Shown here: piece after piece, positions 53,998 through 64,000 of the stretch
How positions within the stretch are numbered: the stretch's first letter is position 1
Layout: each line of letters opens with the position of its first letter
Assembly: GCA_951406725.2 (NCBI GenBank)
Contig: OX597822.1
Coordinates: forward strand, 44,516,001-44,580,000
Length of the DNA stretch: 64,000 nt
Reading direction: 5' to 3'
From: Octopus vulgaris
Taxonomy: Eukaryota
Notes under the pieces: model-generated
What the model saw: the letters and a program-made list of their open reading frames with translations, nothing else
Told to the model about the DNA's origin: nothing
The model's database searches: none
Program-made: the position numbers and the translations under genes

Positions 53998-55140
53998 TGA
54001 GAAAGGAAGAGAGAGGATGCATAGCAACCAGAGAGGAGAGAAAGAGAGATAGACTAAGAGAGGGAAGATAGATTTGGGAGAGAGAGAGAGGAGAGAGAGG
54101 GAAACAGACAGAAAGAGACAAAGAGTTGAAAGGGAGTAGTGGGAGTTGGAGAGGAGAGGGAGAGGCAGGGTTGATGGGGACATAGAAAAGGAGTGATAGG
54201 GAAAGAGCGGTGGTGGTAGGGAACTGGTATGATAGAGAGAAAAGAAGAGGAAAGTCCGAATTAAGTGAGATAGAGAGAGAGAGAGAGAAAGAAAGAAGGA
54301 ATCAGTGTGCGTAGGGAGAGAGGTGGAGAGGGAGAGAGAAAGAGATAGAGAGAAACAGAGACAGAGACTAGAACTAAGCTATTGGTAATGACAGAAAGAT
54401 AGATAGAAAGAGAGAAAGAGTGAGATATGGGTTATAGACAGAAAAAAGGAAAGAAAGCGAGAGACGTATATGGAAGGAGACAGGGAATCAGAGAGGGCTA
54501 GAATAAAAGGGAGAGGGTAAGATGGAGGAAAAATTTAGAAGTGAGAGAGAGAGAGCGAAAGTGGAAGAAAGACAAGATGAGAAAAATATAAGAGTGGGTG
54601 GGAAGAAAGATGAGACGAAACTATAGAATACAAAAGGAAGACAGCAGGAGAGATAGTGAGAAAAGCGGGATGTTATAAGTACAGGGCAAAACGAAGAATG
54701 ATACGAGAAGGCAAAGATTGTGAGAAGGAAGACCTAAGAAAGAGAAATCGAAAACACAAAAGATTGAAAGAGAGACAGAGAGCAGGGAGGAGAGATATAC
54801 TGTAAGATAGAGGGAGGAAATTGAGAAGGAGAGGATAAGAGTGGGGTTTATTGAGTAGCGCGTAAAAATAAGAAATATTATTGAGAGAATGAGAGAGGAG
54901 GAGGAGGAGGAGGAAGAAGAAGAAGAGTTAAAGCCGAATTAAACAAAAAAGGAAAGGGGTGAAGAAATAGAGAGCGAGAGAGAAGACGTAAGGAGCTTGA
55001 GATTGAGATTTAGTGCAAAAGTGAGCAACTGAAAGTTGAGTTAGGGAGAAGTTCAGGAGAAAAAAATTATAAAATAAAGCGAGAGAGAGAGAGAGAGAGA
55101 GGGGGGAGAGAGAAAGAGAGAGGTTGAAGTAGAGACAAAG
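53660..55140 (+). repeat. About 1.5 kb purine-rich (GA) low-complexity tract
   Basis: Strong A/G excess on the plus strand with multiple (GA)n runs. Confidence 0.9.
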
Positions 55141-55585
55141 TAAGAGACGTGGCGTGTGTTAATGTGTGTATGAATAAGTGTATATGTGCGTGCATATATG
55201 TATAAGTGTGTGTGTACGGATATGTTGGTGTGTTTGCGAGTGCGTATGTATGGTATATGTGGTATGTATGTGTGAATGTGTGAAACGGTAATACAGAAAC
55301 GAAAAGAAAGAAAAATTAAAATGGCTGAATCGTTGAATTTACGATCTTTTCATTGAAATCCATTTTTTTTTTACTTGTTTCCTTTATTGGTCTTATAAAA
55401 TGTTAGTTCTTCTTGATTTCTTAGTTTGGGTTATAATAATTAGATCCTCATTATAATTATTATTTCCTTCATCATGATGATCGTCAGCAAATATTAATTT
55501 TTATTCATTTCGGGGTCGATACAACAAAGCGCCAGTCATATACTGATATCTTTTGAATAAGCTATAATCATCCGAACTATCGGAA

Positions 55586-55632
<47 letters not shown>

Positions 55633-56279
55633 ACGTGTATAAGGTACATTTAACAAAACGAAATTATTTTGCGTCAGGCACATAGGCAGAGACAAACCAA
55701 AACAGCAAACGGGCTGGGAATGAGTGAGTGAGTGTCAGTCGGAGACGTTAAATGGAGAAGAACTGTGTTGAGAAGGTTTACTCCGAATTCAGTGGTATTT
55801 TAATCTAAATGAAATTGTAAAATATTATCTTAAATTATTTTTAATTTATCAATTTCACTCACTTGTATACGAAGGCAAAATCAAGCACATAGATAGACAC
55901 ACGCGAGCGCGCATAGACACACGTACGCCTTTAAATATTAGACACTTTTCAAAATATTATCCTTCACGTAACATTTATAAAGCTTGTATGTGCGTGTGTA
56001 TTTAAAGAGATATTTAGATTCCTAGGCAGATAGTTATAAATATATGTCTATATGTGATGTATATAAAATATATACATATATACACATATATAAATATATA
56101 CATAGATATACACTCACATTATCTATCAATGTATCTATCTAACTATCTTTCTATCTATATGGGTGTCTCTCAGTCTATTTTTCTATTTGCCTGCCTGACT
56201 ATCTCTATATTCATGTATGTATGTATGTATGTATAAAATACGAATATAATGGCTACGATTTATATTGGGTAAAATGAAA

Positions 56280-56316
<37 letters not shown>

Positions 56317-56336
56317 CATGCATATATACATTTATG

Positions 56337-56456
<120 letters not shown>

Positions 56457-56477
56457 TAGATATATATATATATATAT

Positions 56478-56610
56478 TATTGTGTCTGGGGAGAGACATT
56501 CTCCTTTAGCGCCTTATTAATTAACACACTCAGCGGTTCGATTTCCACTCATTTATTTAATTTTATGATTAAATAAGTAAATTAGTGGAAATCGAACCCC
56601 AGACACAATA
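56478..56610. repeat. Nested inverted-repeat (fold-back) element
   Basis: Outer arms TATTGTGTCTGGGG/CCCCAGACACAATA. Inner arms GGTTCGATTTCCACT/AGTGGAAATCGAACC. Confidence 0.85.
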
Positions 56611-57800
56611 GTCTATACATACAAAGGATTTGCGTGCGTGTGTGTTTTGCGTGTTTGTGTGTGTGCAAAATGCATGCATTTCTACAGTTTTCAATCGATT
56701 TCGACCGAACTTTACACAGACATTAATTGTGCGCGATGGATGGTCATACTCTATAACATCTTGCCCAGAGCTACCGCGTAATGCGACAAACCGACTGTGA
56801 AAAAGTTTTTCGCATGGAACTTTCTCCAAAAAAGTAAGTCTTCAACCGATCCTCTCCTTTTCCTTTCTTTTTCTTTCCCTGTATTTATTTTTCATTTTCT
56901 CATCTTCAGATATACAGATATCTGTTTCTCTCTCAGTCTCTGCCTCTGTCTCTGTCTCTGTCTCTCTGTCTCTCTGTCCCCCCCTCTCTCTCTCTCTCTC
57001 TCTCAATATTGACTTCAGTGTATTTCAATTGTGTCGTGCGTAAATATCTTTGTTTCCACGCTATTTGTACGTTCTCCCTACAACATAGCTTTACTTATTT
57101 TAAATTTTCTTCACTCCTATTTAAATACACTATTTACAGTTCTCCCTCTATCGAAAACCGTTGTATGATATTGCTTCACTGTTATTCTTTCACATTTGTG
57201 TGTCTATTTGCACGTTCGATGTGTACGAAATAGAAAAAAATATTTCAAACCACGACGACGACGACGTCACATATATGAGTATGTATGTGTCTCTGTGTGT
57301 ATGTGTCTGGGTGTATGAATATATTTGTCTCTCTGACTGTGTGTGCGTTTCTACGTTAGGTACGTTATTAAACATATACACACATCTACACATACATATA
57401 CACATGTGATAACTGACAAGCGTGAATGTACGTCTGTGTCTCTCTTGTATGTGTCTGTATGTGAGAGCGTATGCCTGCGTATCGTCACATTTTTTAAGAA
57501 TGTGTATGTGTAGGTGAGTGTGTGTGTGTGTTTGCGCGCACGTTACCTGCATTATTCAACACACATATGCTTCTACACATACTCTTGAAAAAAAACTATA
57601 ACGTGGTAGGTCCAGGTTATATACAAATACTCATATACCATTCCATTAAAGGTTCATAATTATCGCATCAGGTGCAAGGCTGTAAGGTATTTACAATTTA
57701 CTTATATTTGATTACTTTACACACTGAATACCAAAATATAAACATACTACCTATATACAACTATGTACATAATTTTTTGTTTACAATATTGAAAGAAAAA

Positions 57801-58600
57801 ATGCCACCAAAGGAAAATAATAATCTCTCTAGAAACACCCATCAAGCAAGGAGGAATGCAGAAAACCGAAGACGGGAGTCTCAAGAGATAAGGGACATGA
57901 GACTAAGACCAGCAAATACATGCTGCAGCACGTTAGATGGAGTCTCAAGATAGAAAGGAGATGAAACCTTCTCAAGGCCAACAAAGGAATGCTGCAGTAC
58001 GTCTCGAGGGAGAAGGAAGATGATAATTTCTTGAGATCACCAAAGCATGCTGCAACACGTCTGATGTAGTCCCAAGACAGAAGGAACCTGTCACTTTCCA
58101 AAGATCACCATACGCATACTGCAGCACGTCAAATACAGTCTCAAGAGAGAAGGGAAATGAAACTATCTCAGCATCACCAAAACTATGCTACATCACGTCT
58201 GATGAAGTCACAAAACACAAGGGAGGTGAGACTTTCTACGCTGCAGCACATCAAATTGAGTCTCAACACAGAATGGAGATAACACTTTCTCAACATCACC
58301 AAATCAAATGGAGCACATGAGATGGAAACTCAAGAGAGACGGCAGATGAGACTTTCCCAAGATCAGCAAAGGCATACTGCACCATTTAATGCTGAATCAT
58401 TGAAACAACGTTTAGCGCGCCAGATTACACAGAGGTCCAATAGAATAGCTCTCAGAAACAGATCCGGTACAAATTCATTTTTCACAACACCTAGAATTAC
58501 TTTCAGATATAATTCGTCCCATTTATATAATATTGATAATTTTTTCCAAACTGGTGTGCTAAACACAAATTGTCTTTTCTGCAAAGCTTCAAAATTTACT
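57801..58600 (+). pseudogene. Helitron Rep/helicase N-terminal remnant
   Basis: MPPKENNNLSRNTHQARR, repeated ESQE.R.MRLSQ.QQRHAA.R units, then TFRYN...TGVLNTNCLFCKASKF (start of the zinc finger). Frameshifted. Confidence 0.7.
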
Positions 58601-58671
58601 CCACAAAAGTTTTTTCGTCAACGCTGCACTGTCCTGTATCACTAGTTTCAACATGAATGTAACATACCGTG

Positions 58672-58968
58672 GGAACCCCTTTCGGTCATGAATGACCACG
58701 GTATTGCACCTACAAAGTTACCCTCCGAGGCACAAGTCCGAGCAAGGTTGCCCATGCATACCGGCTTCCCCTCTCCACGCCACTAGTGTTATCCAAGGGA
58801 AAGGCAAATGAGCCGATACAGCTTGGCACCAGTGACGTCGCAACTCATTTCTACAGCTGAGTTAACTGAAACAACGTGAAACACAACATTCAGCCCGGTC
58901 CGGGAATCGAACTCACAATCTCACGATCGTAAGCCCGACGCTCTACCCACTGAGCCATGCGCCTTCAC
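58672..58968 (-). mobile_element. SINE family D inserted in the Helitron
   Basis: Homologous to the other D copies. Confidence 0.9.
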
Positions 58969-59499
58969 TATACATATATATTTATACAAACTATGCCATT
59001 TTAATCCCGAGCAACGGGGGTATCTATACTATTATATATATATATATATATATATAAAACAGGGCACATTTAAACAGAAGAGAAACTACCTTTAAAAGAA
59101 AATGTTACACGCTAGAAGAGACAGTCAAAACGACCAAAACCATACTTAAGAGCAATTTCAAAGGGAATGAAAAATAAAAACTTTTATCGTGTTATTTTTT
59201 ACGGTTACATCTACGGTTACATTTTTTTTTAGCAAATGAAATAATGTGCTAGGCGAAATTCTCATCAGTGACCACGCCATAACATTAACATATAATTTAG
59301 AGACATGTAACACGTGTCACATATATATGTTATAATTTTTCAAATTCATCGCGCAAGCGCAGTTTCAGTGGACAGTAAATGAAAAATGCCGAACTTATAT
59401 TGTGAATATGTTGTCTATTGACTTTTTATACATGCTAAAACACTGGTAGTGAAATTTCTAAAAATATTTGCTACCCTATATATTTTACGTATATATGTA

Positions 59500-59553
<54 letters not shown>

Positions 59554-59714
59554 ATACAATTAGGATCATAATAGAAGGTAAAATTATACAGAGAATATGT
59601 AATTGACTCTTAAGTATAACGCGTCGGACATACCCATCTTGCGCTACTAAAATACACGCGCAAACATACAAATATATATATGTATGTATGTTTGGATGTA
59701 TAGCAAGCAATTAA

Positions 59715-59893
59715 AAAATAGACAAAAATAGAAAGAAATGAACGTGAGGACGCGCACAAGAAATATATTAACTTGACGCTTGAGGAAAGAAGAGATTTGT
59801 TAACGTTTCGAGTATAGAAAGAGAAAGAGAAAGAAAACTAAATAAGGAAAAATCGCCAACAATCCACGTACGGTTACATTCCTGAAATGACCG
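59715..59893 (-). mobile_element. Deleted relative of the 43885-44098 element
   Basis: Minus strand has AATGTAACCGTACGTGGATTGTTGGCGATTTTTCC...CTCGAAACGTTAAC...CTCAAGCGTC. The CTGANGA box is missing. Confidence 0.5.
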
Positions 59894-59954
59894 ATATGTA
59901 TATAAATATATATATATGTATGTTTGTGTGTATATATGTATATACGTATAAATA

Positions 59955-60010
<56 letters not shown>

Positions 60011-60358
60011 GTATATACATGCATATATGGGTACAGGACGTCGAAAAAACGTGAAAAAATGTGAAACGAGACAAGCAACATAGAGAACAATCCCTTCATC
60101 AGCTGTCCCCCGTTTTACCTTCGCGTTCCGAACGTAGGGAGACCGTCAGTCATGCACACGCATGCATTCATATATATGTATATATGATATATATATATAT
60201 ATATATGTATGACAAGATGATATTTTGTTCTGTATGATTATAATTTGTAGCCAATATATTCATATTTTAAACATACACTCATACACAGGCAGACAGACAG
60301 AAACTCAGATAGAAAGATAGACAGACACGCATATAGACAGGCGCGCAGACAACCATGC

Positions 60359-60651
<293 letters not shown>

Positions 60652-60857
60652 TTTGGATAATATGAGTGTGTATCTATGTATATATTTACATATCTGTACA
60701 TATGCATAAATTTATATACATCACATATAGACTTATATTTAAAATTATCTTTCTATCTATTTATCTAGCAATCTATCTATCTCTTCAAATAAATATATAA
60801 ATACATACATACATACATACATATACACACACATATATATATGTATATATATATATA

Positions 60858-61027
60858 GGGAGAGTTTACGAAAAAACAAAAGACGGAGACAGGTAGTGTA
60901 CAAAACAAAGAGATGTATTAGTATAACGCTCAGGAATAGAAAAAGTCTTTTACGTTTTGAGCCTACTCTCTTCTACAGAAAGGGACACAGAAAAAGCAAC
61001 AACAAAGAAACAAGGAGAGAGAAAAAA
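60858..61027 (-). mobile_element. Second copy of the 36575-36737 element
   Basis: Minus strand CTTTCTGTAGAAGAGAGTAGGCTCAAAACGTAAAAGACTTT...GAGCGTTATACTAATACATCT. Ends at (TA)n. Confidence 0.65.
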
Positions 61028-61447
61028 TGTGTGTAGTGGCTAACGATCTATCATGACGACTGACTGCCAAGAGAGCGAAGAAGTAGGGGAGATAACAAAG
61101 TAAAGATGACCCCAATACGAAGGTGCGTGTGTGTATAAGAGAGTATGTATGTGCGTGTGAAAGAGGGCTGGTGGTCTGGACGTGTGCGTGTATGTATGTG
61201 TAGGTGTGAAAATGTGGGGATGGGAATTGGTCAGTGCTGGTGTGTGGGTGGTGTGTTGTGATGTGATGTGTAATGTTGTATGGTGTAGTGTGGTGTGGTG
61301 TGATGTTGTTGGGAGGTGGGGTAGGCGAGAGTGGGGAAAGCACGGGTGCGGTATGGGTTCGGCTGAGGGTTGGGGTAGAGTTGGGGTATGTGTGTAGGCA
61401 GAGGGTGGGAGTAGAGGTGGGGCTTGTGGGTAAGCAGAGGGTGGGGG

Positions 61448-61511
<64 letters not shown>

Positions 61512-62053
61512 CCAAGTCCTTGCGCAAAAGAAAAACAATTTTAGTTTTAATTATATTCGCACACTTATTTGCACTATTGCTCTACGTATGTATGTATGTA
61601 TGTATGTATGCGTGTGCGCATGCGTGCATGCGTTTGTGTGCGTGTGTTTCTGCGTGTTTCCATATTGGTGCCTGCCTGTGCGTTTACATGCAACGCCCTC
61701 TTTTACGGTTCCGCTTCGAAATTTTTTGCCTTATTTGACTTCATGAAATGTGTGAATTGAATTATGTTATATTGTATTGCGTTGCAGTGATGTAAGGTTT
61801 GTTATTGTGCGCTATTTTATATACCCTTGAGGCAATGACACATCAAACAACTCGATACGGATCTTCTTCTCCTTCATCTTGTTTCTTAATCATCATCATC
61901 TTCTTCTTCTTCTTCTTCTTCTTCTTCTTCTTCTTCTTCTTCTTCTTCTTCTTCTTCTTCTTCTTCTTCTTCTTCTTCTTCTTCTTCTTCTTCTTCTTCT
62001 CCTTCTTCTTCTTTTAAATACCAATATAATAATAATAGTATTAATAATAAAAA

Positions 62054-62097
<44 letters not shown>

Positions 62098-62207
62098 GTT
62101 ATTTTTATTATTCTTTCAATAGTTCCATGCAATTCTCTACAGCGCCACCAGATGCATCCATACTAAAGACTTATGCGCAGTATTATCTTGTTGGAGAGGA
62201 AAGCTAG

Positions 62208-62247
<40 letters not shown>

Positions 62248-62282
62248 TACTGTTATTATCATCATCATTATCATCATCATCA

Positions 62283-62362
<80 letters not shown>

Positions 62363-62509
62363 TTGTAGTTTGTTGTTGGTGGTATTCGTTTCTTGCTTCC
62401 GGTTGTTATTTCAGCGTTTTCTGTTGGCACTCCTGCTACCGCTACTAATGATTACTCTTGTATTTAGTGGCATGCAGCAGCAGCAGCAGCTTCAGCTGTA
62501 GTAGTAGTT

Positions 62510-62563
<54 letters not shown>

Positions 62564-62882
62564 ATATTTTATGGACTAGATTGGCAAAATCGGTAGCGGA
62601 TGGGGGTCAAAGATTTGAGAGAGGATGAAGAAGCTGCGTGGTTTCCAGTGCTTAGTTACATACGTTTCTCCCGTGTTGAAACCCAGCCGACTGTTGTGTT
62701 CGCCCCTGCCAGTTAAATGATCAGCCCGATTTAATCCCCCGTTCCATATCCCTTAAATGTAGGGGCGTTGTGTTTATGCTCGAAAACATATTTATTATTT
62801 ACGAAGGCGATAAACTGACAGTATAATCGTATTTGAAATCGCAAAAAAATGCCCGGGGACGTTAGACGAATCCCAAATCAAT

Positions 62883-62990
62883 TACTCTTTTACTTGTTTC
62901 AGTCATTTGACTGCGGCCATGCTGGAGTACTGCCATTTAATTGAACAAATCAACCCCATGGCTTATTCTTTGTAAACCTTGTACTTATTC
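62883..62990 (-). mobile_element. SINE family B 3' tail
   Basis: TACTCTTTTACTTGTTTCAGTCATTTGACTGCGGCCATGCTGGAG. Confidence 0.8.
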
Positions 62991-63031
62991 CGTTAAGGTT
63001 TTCTTTGTATTTTATTATTTTGGAATTTTAA

Positions 63032-63200
63032 GATGGTGAGATGGCAGAATTATTATATCGCTGGGCAAAATGCTTAGCGCTGTTTCGTCTATCTTTACGT
63101 TTTGAGTTGTGATACCAACGTGGTTACTTCCTTTTCATCCTTTCGGGTTTCATAAGGTAAGTTGCTGCCAAGAGCTAGGATCGATGAAATTGCCATTCTC
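63032..63200 (+). mobile_element. Degenerate SINE family A
   Basis: GGTGAGATGGCAGAA...AAATGCTTAGCG...CCTTTTCATCCTTTCGGG. Confidence 0.7.
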
Positions 63201-63495
63201 ACCTGTCGTAAGCAAACTGCTGGTCCTGTGCCAAATTACTTGGGTGTTGATAAAAAAAGTACCACCAATAAATCGATTAAGAATTAATATATTCACACCA
63301 CTCTGAATAATTGCCTAAATTTGAAATGATTGCAAGAGTTAGCGGATCGGAAGAATGGATAGAACTTTGGACCAAATGTGTGCTGTATTGTTGATGCTCG
63401 CCTTTCGTCAGCTTATCAGGTTTCAGAAAAATAATTGCTCTGGTTTCTTAGATCAGATACGAAATCCATAACTATCCCACGTCTATGCCAAACAA

Positions 63496-63636
63496 CGATT
63501 GCCGCCTGTGTTCAAGGACAAGGATGAAAACTTCCACTACAACCCTCTACCTGTCCCCGGACTCTTCAAATACGTTTGTCATTGTAAATTTGATTATACA
63601 GGTAAATCAGCTGGATTTACCTGGATAATATTTTAA
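63496..63636 (+). pseudogene. Possible Penelope-like GIY-YIG endonuclease remnant
   Basis: Manual translation RLPPVFKDK...VPGLFKYVCHCKFDYTGKS resembles KD......G.VYK..C.C...YIG.T. Short and diverged. Confidence 0.4.
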
Positions 63637-64000
63637 ATGTTGCTACACCAATGCCAGTATACTCGCCTGGACGCTTAGTCACTAACAGACCAAGAACAGT
63701 GAAAAAATTTTCAATGAAAAATATTGCAATGCAAATGTATTACTTTCCAGTAAAATAAAGCACCGTAAATGTAGAAGTATAATATAGAGTAGTGGTACAA
63801 CAAGGCACCTATGTTTACTGGAAGTAGGAGTCGATATATTTACGACGCAATAGATAGATAGCTAAATTAAGAAATTGAGTTAAACGCAGGTGTTATTCAA
63901 ATATTTTTACTGCCGACATATGTTTCTAAGAGAACATTGGTATTATTCCAGAGGGAATAAAATGATGTAAAACAATGTAATTATCTCGTCAGGAGAAAAA

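Larger units (their letters stand above)
56612..59032 (+). mobile_element. Probable internally deleted Helitron
   Basis: 5' TC terminus TCTATACATACAAAG followed by a GTGT-rich tract. Decayed RepHel N-terminus at 57801-58600. Degenerate 3' hairpin CCCGAGCAACGGGGG followed by CTAT in place of CTAG. Confidence 0.65.

Overview
This is an AT-rich, microsatellite-saturated animal genomic window. The repeat content resembles a coleoid cephalopod such as Octopus (inference, not verified). I find no intact host gene: almost all ORFs in the track are translations of (TA)n, (CA)n, (AAT)n, (GAT)n, (GAA)n and similar tracts. The supported content is transposon-derived. It includes R4/Dong-like site-specific non-LTR retrotransposon fragments sitting inside (TAA)n tracts (three stacked at 3.1-4.3 kb, one at 49.2-50.8 kb), CR1-type and L1/Tx1-type RT fragments, and decayed Tc1, mariner-like, Tigger and hAT transposases with their MITEs. 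There is also a probable internally deleted Helitron (56.6-59.0 kb), a possible Penelope GIY-YIG remnant, a short 18S rRNA fragment, and more than 25 copies or fragments of about five tRNA-derived SINE families (my labels A-E). The most interesting signals are four: minimal hammerhead-ribozyme-like motifs in short Penelope-type elements, microsatellite-targeted retrotransposon stacking, a three-level nested SINE with both target-site duplications preserved, and several long fold-back hairpins beside (TA)n tracts. All alignments and translations outside the ORF track were done by eye, so boundaries are approximate.
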